From: Candidatus Latescibacterota bacterium
GTDB lineage: Bacteria > Latescibacterota > UBA2968 > UBA8231
DNA: 64,000 nt
Assembly: GCA_965217585.1 (NCBI GenBank)
Contig: OZ244561.1
Location: 1,696,001 to 1,760,000, forward strand
Direction: 5' to 3'
Position numbers and translations under genes: made by a program
Part shown: positions 48,045 through 57,357 of the stretch, in pieces
Numbering within the stretch: the first letter of the stretch is position 1
How the letters are laid out: each line of letters starts with the position of its first letter
The notes under the pieces: generated by a model
Database searches by the model: none
What the model was told of the DNA's origin: nothing
The model's input: the letters and a program-made list of their open reading frames with translations, nothing else

Positions 48045-49628
48045 ATGAGTAACGGATGGAAGGATATGCGCGGTTATTTTCCTGGAGATTGGGTCAGGCC
48101 CAGGCAGAACACGGGGCATTGGCGTCCATTGGTCGATTGGACGGAGGTTTTTCCGGGCCATCGCTCCGTCGATCGAACGGGCGCGTTCGAACTCTACGAT
48201 GCCCCCATCGGCGTCCGCTTGGCGGTCGAGGAGGCGGACAAATCGGCTCCGCTCGAGTTCGATGGCGCAGTGGATGGTGACGTCGATGACGTAGGCAATT
48301 CCGTGCGGGTGTGGCAGGCGGATGACCGATACCACCTGCTCTACTACCAGGGGAGACACGTCGCTTATGCGGTAAGTGAAGATGCTTACCGCTGGACCCG
48401 TCCCGCCTTGGGCATCATCGAGCAGAACGGCTCGAAAGAAAACAACCTAGTTACCGATGTGGGGGGCGACCTGCTCAAAGCGGTATTCGAGGATCCAACC
48501 GCGCCACCTGAAGAGCGGTTTAAGGGCATGGGTTGTGAGGGGGCTCTGATCAATTCGGAGACCGGAGAGGTCGCCAACGCGGGTGAGGAGGTCGACGATG
48601 AATACATACAAAAGTGGTGGGCCGATCAGGAATACTTGGGTCCAGCCTACAAAGGGCCCAGACTGATTCTCAAGGGCCGGGTAATGGGGTGGGTCTCCCC
48701 CGACCGCGTTCACTGGAAGCGGACCGACAAGATTCTCGCCGATTTTCCCATGGATGGGGGCCTCTCCGCCAGATACGACGAGGAATCCGGTTACTACTAC
48801 GCCTACTGTCGCATCCAGGGCGTCCCCCAAGAACAGTTCGACCTGATCGGCAGCGGCGTTCCGGAGGATGGCATCTTCCACCGGGCGATCGGGCTGACCC
48901 GGACCAAGGACTTCAACCACTGGCCCGCTCCCAAGCTGCTCCTCTTTCCAGATGGTCAGGACGAGCCCGACCTCTCGTTCTACGGCGGCGACTACTTTCC
49001 CTATCCGGGTAGAGACGATCTGCACTGCATGTTGGTACAGGCCTACCATCATGCCACCGACCACGTGGACAGCCAGCTCGCCATCAGTCGCGACGGTTTG
49101 ATTTGGCAGCGGCCGGAGCGCAAGCCGATTATTCCGGTGGGCGGTCCGGGTGCGCCCGACGCGGCCATGGTCTATTCCTGGGGCAGCGGCATCGCGGAAT
49201 TGCCGGACGGCAATTGGGGGTCTCTCTACGGAGGGCACACGTCGCTGCACAACGAACCGCAGAGAGGAGAGGCGGTGTTACAGTGGGCCCGGTGGCGGCC
49301 CCACAGATTCTGCGGCATCGAAACGGATGTGGAGGGTCGGTTTACCTTGCCGACCGTAGTGAGGACCGCCAGTCAGCTGCGGCTCAACTACCGCTGTCGC
49401 CCGGGTGGCTGGATCAAGGTCGAGATTCTGCGCAACATTCCCTCGCGGATTCACCCCGACGTCGATCCGATCGCCGGCCTGACCTTCGAAGAAAGCGATC
49501 TGCTGAAAGGAGATTCGCTCGACCAGACGGTCACCTGGAACGGCAACAGCAACTTGTCCGAGGTGGGTGAGATGTTGGCGATTCGGATCCGGATGTTTCA
49601 GGCAAAGATCTTCGCGTACCACGTTTAA
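48045..49628 (+). CDS. Hypothetical protein, probable beta-propeller glycoside-hydrolase-like
   Basis: Asp-box-like repeats SEDAYRW, SPDRVHW, TKDFNHW and SRDGLIW. Confidence 0.6.
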   Translation: MSNGWKDMRGYFPGDWVRPRQNTGHWRPLVDWTEVFPGHRSVDRTGAFELYDAPIGVRLAVEEADKSAPLEFDGAVDGDVDDVGNSVRVWQADDRYHLLYYQGRHVAYAVSEDAYRWTRPALGIIEQNGSKENNLVTDVGGDLLKAVFEDPTAPPEERFKGMGCEGALINSETGEVANAGEEVDDEYIQKWWADQEYLGPAYKGPRLILKGRVMGWVSPDRVHWKRTDKILADFPMDGGLSARYDEESGYYYAYCRIQGVPQEQFDLIGSGVPEDGIFHRAIGLTRTKDFNHWPAPKLLLFPDGQDEPDLSFYGGDYFPYPGRDDLHCMLVQAYHHATDHVDSQLAISRDGLIWQRPERKPIIPVGGPGAPDAAMVYSWGSGIAELPDGNWGSLYGGHTSLHNEPQRGEAVLQWARWRPHRFCGIETDVEGRFTLPTVVRTASQLRLNYRCRPGGWIKVEILRNIPSRIHPDVDPIAGLTFEESDLLKGDSLDQTVTWNGNSNLSEVGEMLAIRIRMFQAKIFAYHV

Positions 49629-49632
49629 TCGC

Positions 49633-51600
49633 ATGACATGTAATCAGACGGGTGCATCAGGCGCAACGATCGCCGACGCGGGCTCGGGGTTGGTCGAGGT
49701 CAGGGCGACGCGAGTATCGCCGCCCCCCGGATGGGCGCTTCTGGAACGCCGGTTGATGAAGCTGATGGAGGACGCGGTCGAGCCAATGGTCGACAAGTAC
49801 GCGGAAAAGGGCGGAGCATTCTACTACGCCGACGATGTCGACGACCTGTACGAAAGGGTGTACAACTGGGGCCTGTTCTACGCCATGGGGGCCGATCGAA
49901 AGGTGCTCGACCTCGGGTTGCAGCAATGGCACGCAACCACCCGATTTTTCGCCGACGATATCGCCAGTCGGGTCCACCCCCGCTTTCAACCTCAGATCCA
50001 CAACGAGTACTACAACCAGGCCTCCGCCGGTGCGAATGAGTGGTACCACCAGGGCGAGGGCAACATGGCCTTCTACCATTTCGGCCTGGCCGATCCCACC
50101 ATTTCGGAAAACGTGCGCCGCGTCAGGCGGTTCGCGGCGATGTTCATGGACGAGGATCCCGAGGCCCCCAACTATGATACCCAGCACAAAGTCTTTCGCA
50201 GCCCCATACAGACCAGCGTCGGCCCCATGCGCCACGCCACGGTCGACAACGTGATCATGTGGCTGCAGGGAGGGGAAACGGGTTACGAGAAGGGATACCG
50301 CCCCTACAAGGTGCGGGCCACCCTCGATCCGGTGGTGACAGACCTCGAGGGGAACTGGTTCGAGAATCCCGCGCGCCGGGACGAGATCCTAAAGCTGTTC
50401 GACCACATCGTCCTCAACGGCGACGTCCCCCACAGCCTCGGCGCCACCGGCCTGATCACCAACGCCTTCCTCTACACCGGCGAGGACAAGTACAAGCAGT
50501 GGGTGCTCGACTACACTGAGGGGTGGATGGAGCGCATCGAGCGCAACGGCGGCATCCTGCCCGACAACGTCGGGCCGACCGGCAAGATCGGCGAAAACCG
50601 CAACGGCCTCTGGTGGGGCGGGCTCTACGGCTGGAACACCTTCGTCGGCCACTACATCATGTTCAGCGCCCTCACCATCGCCGCGGAGTGCGCCCTCCTG
50701 CTCACCGGCGACTTCGGCTATCTCGAGCTGCTGCGCTCGCAGATCCGGCTTCTCATGGACAACGCCATCACCCGCGAGGACGGCCAGCTTCTGTTGCCGG
50801 CCCGCTACGGTTCTGACGGCTGGGAGTACGCGAGGGACAACTACGACTACGAAAGAGGCAGGTTCGTGCCCTACCGCATGCAGGAGCTGGCCCACCTCTA
50901 TCACGCCTCAATGGCCCAAGAGGACTACGACCTCATCGTCCGCATTCGGGACACCGACAAAATGCGCGACTGGAACCACGTGCCCGTCCTCGGAGAGAAG
51001 AGCTACGCCGACACCGAACTGGCGCGCTTCCAGTACTACGACGGCAAGAACCCGGACTGGCCCGAGAAGATCCTGCAGGCCGAGTACCAGAATGCCCAGA
51101 CTGACTTCCAGTCGATACTGAACGAAACCCGCGATGCCCAGACCTTGATCGCGGACAACCCCTCTCCCCCCACTACGGTCTACACCAAGGGGTTGACGCA
51201 GGTGACAATGGGGGCGCCGCAATCGGTGTACACCGGAGGGCTGTTGCGCGCCACCGTCCGCTACTTCGATGCAGACCGCACGCGGCCGGGCCTGCCACCC
51301 GACGTGGCTGCCCTCGTCGACAAACTGGGAGCTGACAGCGCAGGTCTTCAGCTTGTCAACCTGAACGCCGGCGAGACGCGCACCCTGATCGTGCAGGCTG
51401 GGGCTTTCGCCGAGCACGAATTTGTCGAACTGACGCATGAAGGGCAGACCGTCGAGGTGGAGTCGAAGTATTTCGCGGTGCAACTCCCCCCCGGCACGTC
51501 CATCCGGCTGGACGTGGGCATGCGCCGCTTTGCTCACCGGCCGACCTATGCCTTCCCCTGGCACGGGGACGCTATCCCGGTGCCGTACCAGTCGGAGTAA
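49633..51600 (+). CDS. Conserved-looking hypothetical protein (Trp/Tyr-rich)
   Basis: Long ORF with host-like codon usage directly after the previous gene. Function not recognised. Confidence 0.6.
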   Translation: MTCNQTGASGATIADAGSGLVEVRATRVSPPPGWALLERRLMKLMEDAVEPMVDKYAEKGGAFYYADDVDDLYERVYNWGLFYAMGADRKVLDLGLQQWHATTRFFADDIASRVHPRFQPQIHNEYYNQASAGANEWYHQGEGNMAFYHFGLADPTISENVRRVRRFAAMFMDEDPEAPNYDTQHKVFRSPIQTSVGPMRHATVDNVIMWLQGGETGYEKGYRPYKVRATLDPVVTDLEGNWFENPARRDEILKLFDHIVLNGDVPHSLGATGLITNAFLYTGEDKYKQWVLDYTEGWMERIERNGGILPDNVGPTGKIGENRNGLWWGGLYGWNTFVGHYIMFSALTIAAECALLLTGDFGYLELLRSQIRLLMDNAITREDGQLLLPARYGSDGWEYARDNYDYERGRFVPYRMQELAHLYHASMAQEDYDLIVRIRDTDKMRDWNHVPVLGEKSYADTELARFQYYDGKNPDWPEKILQAEYQNAQTDFQSILNETRDAQTLIADNPSPPTTVYTKGLTQVTMGAPQSVYTGGLLRATVRYFDADRTRPGLPPDVAALVDKLGADSAGLQLVNLNAGETRTLIVQAGAFAEHEFVELTHEGQTVEVESKYFAVQLPPGTSIRLDVGMRRFAHRPTYAFPWHGDAIPVPYQSE

Positions 51601-51609
51601 AACTTCCAC

Positions 51610-52317
51610 ATGAAAACTAAAAAATCACAAGAATCCCAAAGATTACTGGCTTCCGTAGAGGAAAAGTACAATGATCCTGGAGAACTTGAAATCCGAATAG
51701 AAGATCTGAAAATCGGTATCGGAGAGGCAGAACAAGCGTTTGTTGAAAAGTTTCCTGCAGACAGCCGTCTGTTAGACATCGGATGTGCGACAGGACGATT
51801 GTGCTTTGCACTTGCGCGGCAAGGATATAACGTCACTGGTATTGATGTCGCTAAAAAACAGATTGAACAAGCACAGCAATTTGCTGAAAAGGAACGCGTC
51901 AACGCGACATTTCTACAATATGAAATGCCGACTCTGCCTTTTCCCGCTGCCTCATTTCCCGCTGCATTTATGGGGAATGTTTACTGTTATGTCCCGCACC
52001 GCGAATCGCGAATCGCTTTTTTAGAAGAGATCGCGCGTGTGCTATATCCGAATGGCGAAGTTTTAATGTCGCAGACAGTCTTGGATTCTATACTGGAAAG
52101 TTACGAGGAGATTTACGATGACAACCATCATCAATTTGCTCCCGACTATGAGACCTTAGAAGAAGGGGATGGATTCGTGTTGGGAGCCCCACACTATTTG
52201 CACTTTTTCTTCGCTGAAGATCTCATAGCGGAACTGGAAGCATCTCCGTTTCAGATTGTCAATTCAGTTTTGAAGAAAGAGAAATTTACATGTATTTTAA
52301 GGAAGCAAAACACATGA
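51610..52317 (+). CDS. Class I SAM-dependent methyltransferase
   Basis: LLDIGCATG and VTGID motifs, visibly AT-richer than its neighbours. Confidence 0.85.
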   Translation: MKTKKSQESQRLLASVEEKYNDPGELEIRIEDLKIGIGEAEQAFVEKFPADSRLLDIGCATGRLCFALARQGYNVTGIDVAKKQIEQAQQFAEKERVNATFLQYEMPTLPFPAASFPAAFMGNVYCYVPHRESRIAFLEEIARVLYPNGEVLMSQTVLDSILESYEEIYDDNHHQFAPDYETLEEGDGFVLGAPHYLHFFFAEDLIAELEASPFQIVNSVLKKEKFTCILRKQNT

Positions 52318-52371
52318 GGGCGGGCAGAGCCGTAGGCGGAGACCCGGTGAATACCCGAGGAGGGAGCCGCA

Positions 52372-53460
52372 GTGTCCGTCGACCAGCTTGACCAGGACCG
52401 CACGCGGCTGTCGGCGGTGACCGGCGCAGTCTGGCGATCCGTGCAGGTGGCGGTCGTGGTCGCCGTCGTCGTCGTACCGTTCGGCTACGCGACCACCGGC
52501 GTGCACCGCGAGGTCCTGATCGCGGCGGGTTGCGGTTTCGCCATGGGCGTCGGCCTCAGTTTGCGTATGGGCCAACGGAGCGGGAGATCGACGGGCATTC
52601 TGATCGGTTCGGCTGTCAGCATCCTCGCCGCACTCGTCGCGGGTGTCACGTCGGGCGCGTCGGGAGCCTTTTTCATGGCCCCGCCGGTGTTGGCGCCGCT
52701 GGCCCTTGGCCTGATTGACGGACTGGGTCCGTCGCGCCTCTCGGGGTATCGCGAAACGAGCATCGGGGCGTTGATGGTGGCCGCTTTGCTTGGGTTCGGA
52801 TTGTTGCCTGGGTTTGGAGTCTCTGTGTTCATCCTTCTTCTCTACGCGCCGCAGAACGCACTCATTGCGGGCTACTTCAACCGCAACTTGGAAGGCCAAC
52901 TCCATTCCCGGCCGCCGGTGTGGCTGCTCCTCGTGTTCCTCGCCGCCGTGGTCATCAACGGCGGGATCGGGGTGTGGGAGTCCGGCTGGCTGCAGACTGT
53001 CCTATTGATTCCCTTGGGGATGCTGGTTGTCCCTACTGTCATCTTCCTGTCAGCACGCGCATTCGCGATCTGGTTGCAGCCGCGCCTCAACGTATACGTG
53101 CAGCTCGTTGAGTATCTCCGCGTGATGTGGATCCCGATCGGCGGTTTCTCGGCGGGATATCTGGTGATCATTGTCGTCTTCGCGGGGTTCAGCGGCATGC
53201 TGGAGCGCTTCAGCCCCGGCTCGTTCGGCGGTGCCGCCGACGCCGGCATCGGCGACTGGCTGTCGTTCTCGTTCTTCTCGGCTCTCGCCCAGGACTACAC
53301 CGGCATCACCCCGGTTTCCGCGACGGCGCGGATCCTCGTGGGCGCTAGGTTGGTTCTGTCCGTCGGCTGGGCGTTGGTCGTCTTTGCCGCGGTGATGTCG
53401 GCCATTCAACCGCAGCTCGAGCGGATCGCACGGCGAAACACACAACTGGGCGATGAGTGA
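52372..53460 (+). CDS. Polytopic membrane protein with C-terminal two-TM channel-like domain
   Basis: Many TM segments. FSFFSALAQDYTGITPVS resembles a pore helix region. Confidence 0.6.
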   Translation: MSVDQLDQDRTRLSAVTGAVWRSVQVAVVVAVVVVPFGYATTGVHREVLIAAGCGFAMGVGLSLRMGQRSGRSTGILIGSAVSILAALVAGVTSGASGAFFMAPPVLAPLALGLIDGLGPSRLSGYRETSIGALMVAALLGFGLLPGFGVSVFILLLYAPQNALIAGYFNRNLEGQLHSRPPVWLLLVFLAAVVINGGIGVWESGWLQTVLLIPLGMLVVPTVIFLSARAFAIWLQPRLNVYVQLVEYLRVMWIPIGGFSAGYLVIIVVFAGFSGMLERFSPGSFGGAADAGIGDWLSFSFFSALAQDYTGITPVSATARILVGARLVLSVGWALVVFAAVMSAIQPQLERIARRNTQLGDE

Positions 53461-53616
53461 CGCGCTTTCTCCGCGTGGCTCTGAACACGCGACGTGAGCG
53501 TGTCACGAACGATCGTCGGTCGTTGAACCAGGGGATTTTCTTGCACCAAAACGACAATCGGCTGGCCCGATCGAATCAGGCCAGCCGATACTTTCCTGCC
53601 GTCTGTCAGGAGGTAA

Positions 53617-54411
53617 TCAATCGCTTGGAGTACGCTCGAGCGTCTCCAGCCAGCGATAGCCGTAGGCCGGAACATAGGGTGACCCGGTCATACTGTCGGG
53701 AAACATGCCGAACCTCTCGACGCGCAGGCGGTAGCCGTAGTCGTGCCAGGGCTGGAAGTCCACGATCTCGCCGCGGAAGGGGGCACCGTTGACGACCTTG
53801 CAGTACCCGGGATAGCCGTCGTCGCACTCGACCCTGTGGGGATCGATGGTTATCTCCTCTTCCGTGCCCGCGGCCTTGGTTCTCGAGACGACTTCACTCA
53901 ACACGTACCGGCCATCGCCATACCTGTTGGCCGCGAGGATGTAGTGGTAGCCGGCCTCGTATTCAAAGCTAGTGATCATGTCGTCGTACGGCGCGCCGTC
54001 CACCACCAGGCAGAAGTCGTCACTCCGGGCGCATCTCACCCGCGTCGGACCCACCGACAAGGTTGCGGGGGTGGATGGTGCCGGGGTCTTCTCCAGTTGC
54101 TCCAGCAGACGGTAGGCGTATAGACCGGCGTCCTGCGGCGGTTCCTCCCCAGCCCAGGGATCGTACTTGCCGATCCGCAGGCGATAGTCGTAGCCGGCCT
54201 CGTATTCGAATTCTTCGATTCCATCGTAGAAGAACTCGCCGTCGACCACCATGCATGACTGCAGGCCCACGCCGTAGCACTTGGCCAGGGTGGGGCCGAC
54301 GGTCACCTCCCGTATCTCGAGGTACCCGGGCCCGTCCGGTTCCGTGGAACGGTCACAGCCGGCAAAGACCAAGGTCAGCAGGAAGAAGGGAGCGGAGCTT
54401 CTGGTGCGCAT
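53617..54411 (-). CDS. Lipoprotein with three DUF4377-like repeats
   Basis: Lipobox VFAGC and three C..C.V...I..F.YE.GY.Y.L repeats. Confidence 0.7.
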   Translation of the reverse strand: MRTRSSAPFFLLTLVFAGCDRSTEPDGPGYLEIREVTVGPTLAKCYGVGLQSCMVVDGEFFYDGIEEFEYEAGYDYRLRIGKYDPWAGEEPPQDAGLYAYRLLEQLEKTPAPSTPATLSVGPTRVRCARSDDFCLVVDGAPYDDMITSFEYEAGYHYILAANRYGDGRYVLSEVVSRTKAAGTEEEITIDPHRVECDDGYPGYCKVVNGAPFRGEIVDFQPWHDYGYRLRVERFGMFPDSMTGSPYVPAYGYRWLETLERTPSD

Positions 54412-54486
54412 TGGAGTCCTCCTTCGGTACGGCTGCCGTCGCCATCCTGCGTCCCGCGTTGGCTCGCAACACTTTCGAACTCTCAG

Positions 54487-55824
54487 CTATAGCCCCTGCA
54501 TCGCTGATTCGGGATCGAGAATTACATCAGCAGCAATCAATCGATCCTGTAGCTCGGCCATCGGCACGCCACGACTATCCACACCTGTTGCCCTTGCTAG
54601 CGCAGCGGCAGTGCCAGCAGCCTGCCCCATGCCCATCGAGTTGGCTGTGACTCGACTTGATGCTAGGGCCTCTGAAGTTGCCGAGTGACAACGACCCGCA
54701 ACCCAGAGATTCTCTACGCCCTGCGGCAGCAACGTTCTGTACGAAATATCGTACGGCGCTACGATCGGCTGATCGTGATACCCGGCTGCGTCCTCAGGAT
54801 GCCGGTCTATCCTCCACGCCCCAAGCACTACCACGTCATCCTGTCGTTTCGCAGTTCTTATATCGTCGCCGGTCAGCATGTAATCGCCGACGATTCTTCT
54901 GGATTCTCGCGATCCAGCAGTCGGACCACTGGTAAAAAAGTATGCGTCTTTGAACTCGGGTAGTGCTTCTTTCCAGAGCTCGAACATGGTCCACGCATCG
55001 CGTCGGCCCTGGATTTCTGCGTTCGTCCAGTCTTGCGGATTAGTTGCGTTTCCGGGGGTGCGAATCACATTGAAATAGATGTCTCGACCTGAGAAAGTTG
55101 CCGGCCACGGACCACCATAAAGGCCGATCTTTCCTGCGGCACGTGCCTGCTCCAGAACGGCCGCACATTTACGACGCAGCTCAAATGTAAGTTCAACAAA
55201 GCCAACTCGGAAGTGCAAGCTCATCGGCTGAAGCGACTCGGCGACCTCGTATGGACATCCTGCCCAGGCGGCGACATCGGCATCACCCGTGGCATCGATA
55301 ACGCACCTGGGTCGTATAGCGACGAGGCCGTCTTTGTTACTGACTACGACACTGTCCACCCGGTTTCCCTTCACGATCACGTCAGACACCTGTGTGTGGA
55401 AAAGCGGATTCACGCCAGACTCGACTAAAACGTCATCCGCAGCCTTCTTGAACAACTCCGGATCAGTGCGCGGAATTACGCGATCAGGATGCTTTTCGAC
55501 CTCGGTGAAATCACCGTTCACGTTGTATGAGAGCTGTCGAGCCTGCCCGGGCTCAACCACCCCCATTCGTTCGAGCATCTCAAAGACAAGTCCACCCACA
55601 ACAGGCTTACCAGTCTCTTCGTAGACGAATCCATCGAACGCCGAGCCGATGATGTTGGTAAAGAACCCACCGGCAAATCCCATGCGGTCGACTGCCATCA
55701 CAGAAGCACCGTTCCGTGCCGCGCCAACAGCCGCACCAATACCCGCCAGCCCCGTTCCGCAAACGAGAACATCTGGTTCAGCGACTACAGGAAGTGATTT
55801 TGTGTACTGGATTATGGACGTCAA
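54487..55824 (-). CDS. FAD-dependent oxidoreductase (FAD_oxidored family); present start codon lies in the IS end
   Basis: GTGLAG, IDATGDADVA, RESRRIVG and AGRCHSA motifs. Confidence 0.88.
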   Translation of the reverse strand: MTSIIQYTKSLPVVAEPDVLVCGTGLAGIGAAVGAARNGASVMAVDRMGFAGGFFTNIIGSAFDGFVYEETGKPVVGGLVFEMLERMGVVEPGQARQLSYNVNGDFTEVEKHPDRVIPRTDPELFKKAADDVLVESGVNPLFHTQVSDVIVKGNRVDSVVVSNKDGLVAIRPRCVIDATGDADVAAWAGCPYEVAESLQPMSLHFRVGFVELTFELRRKCAAVLEQARAAGKIGLYGGPWPATFSGRDIYFNVIRTPGNATNPQDWTNAEIQGRRDAWTMFELWKEALPEFKDAYFFTSGPTAGSRESRRIVGDYMLTGDDIRTAKRQDDVVVLGAWRIDRHPEDAAGYHDQPIVAPYDISYRTLLPQGVENLWVAGRCHSATSEALASSRVTANSMGMGQAAGTAAALARATGVDSRGVPMAELQDRLIAADVILDPESAMQGL

Positions 55825-57088
55825 CTACCGCTCCCTGAAGGAGGAGGCTTGTCCCTGGCTCACCCGGCCGCCGCAGCGGTAGGGAGGCCGAAACTATAGG
55901 CTCGTTGACACAGAGCCCTGGCTCGGATGTTCCGAGCCGCGTTGACATCGGCATGAGCTTGGTGTCCACACCGACGACAACAAAACCGAGATTGAGATAA
56001 GCGATTAGCCCGCTCGACATGTTCGCATTGAGAACACATCTGACTGGTATGCTTGGGAGAAACCCTCTTGACCCGCACGCCAGCGGCCTGCGCCTTGTAG
56101 GCGATAAACTGCCTCAGTTGGTCAAAAGCCCATCCCGTCATGCGGGCACGTTGAGGCTTGCGAAACCGGATGCTATCCCGGATGCCCTTGAGGTCTTCGA
56201 GGGCAATACCCCGGATAGTGTCTTTAGCCTGCTCAACGATACGCTTGGAGAGGACGTGGTTGGTATTTCTGCGGAAGTTGGCTTCTTTGAGCGCGCGCCG
56301 ATGCAGCTTCTTGCGGATGCGCTTGCGCGCCCGATGGTTCTTGGCCAGGTCAGCCGCCGATTGAAGGCGCTGGCGCAGCGTCTGGCACGTAAGGCGCACC
56401 CGCTCCACGTCGGCACCCGAGTGCCGTTGACCATCCGAGTCCGTGGCAAGGTTGGCTACGCCCAAGTCGATGCCGAGGAAGTCGTCAGGATCGACCGGCG
56501 GCGCGTCGTCGTATTCGACCGTAGCCATCAAGAACCACTTCCCATCGCGCCGACGCACCAACTCGGCATACCGCTTGACGTGGCCGAGCTGGCTGGCTTG
56601 GTAGTCGCCCATGACCATCGGCACGACGATACGACCCTGGAGCGTAGAAAGGGAGACCTCTTTGAAGTCTCTGTAGTGGAGCAGATGCCGGTCATAGGGC
56701 ATCGACGCCAGCGGGCGAAACGACACCTTTTTGCTCTTGTCGCGCTTGTAGGCCGCTGCCACTTGGGCAAAGGTCAGACAGGCCATTTGCGCGGGCAGGT
56801 CAAACTGCTGGCGCACTTTATAATAGTATAGCTTATGCAGGGCATAACGATTGGCCAGCTTGCGCTCAAAGGCTCGCTCGGCGACCCAATCACACGCGGC
56901 ATTAACGCTGCATGGTCGCTAAGAAAGCCGTGGCCTGATCGGCAGAGGGGAGCAGTTGGATTTGAATAACTCGCTTCATACAGACCAATACAGTTCGTAT
57001 GGAAAACCTTGTCAACCCGTAAAAACCAAAGGGAGAATCGGCGTTTCCTCTGTCGCCTGAAGACGACAGTCTCCACGCCAAAATTTCT
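55820..57088 (-). mobile_element. IS200/IS605-family element, tnpB only (non-autonomous)
   Basis: Subterminal hairpins (CTGTCGCCTGAAGACGACAG at the left end, CTCCCTGAAGGAG at the right end). The right end finishes in TTGAC, TTCAT precedes the left end, and there is no TSD. Confidence 0.85.
55860..56979 (-). pseudogene. tnpB: RNA-guided endonuclease TnpB with 5' frameshift
   Basis: MKRVIQIQLL...MQR* then NAACDW... in another frame near 56903. RuvC motifs GIDLG, ALEDL and ADVNAA and the CSQC/CRRC finger are intact. Confidence 0.85.
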
Positions 57089-57185
57089 ATGAATCGCTTA
57101 TCGTCGCCACCGAATCGTTCGGGGATGCTCAGAGTGCCGTTGTGAAGGAATTGGTGCGTTTCAGGGATCAGCCTGGTACTTCCGC

Positions 57186-57240
57186 CACCCGTCCTCGGTA
57201 GAGCGCTACTGCGGACGGGTGGATGCCCGAACCTGCGCCA
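57186..57240 (+). repeat. 55-bp palindromic repeat, copy 2
   Basis: Diverged copy of 47962-48016. Confidence 0.75.
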
Positions 57241-57357
57241 TTACCCGAGCCAGATTCCCCTTGCCTGGGAACGAGAGAATGCCGTTTATTCTTCCTATCC
57301 GCTCGTCCACCGTCAAAAAGCAAGCAAAGTAGAGTGAGAGAATCATCGAAGCAGGGA

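Noticed and set aside
56019-56831. 270-aa plus-strand ORF
   Set aside because: Antisense shadow of tnpB with no recognisable motifs.
57223-57333. N-terminal extension of the GHKL ATPase
   Set aside because: It starts inside the palindromic repeat and is not domain-like. A later start is more plausible.
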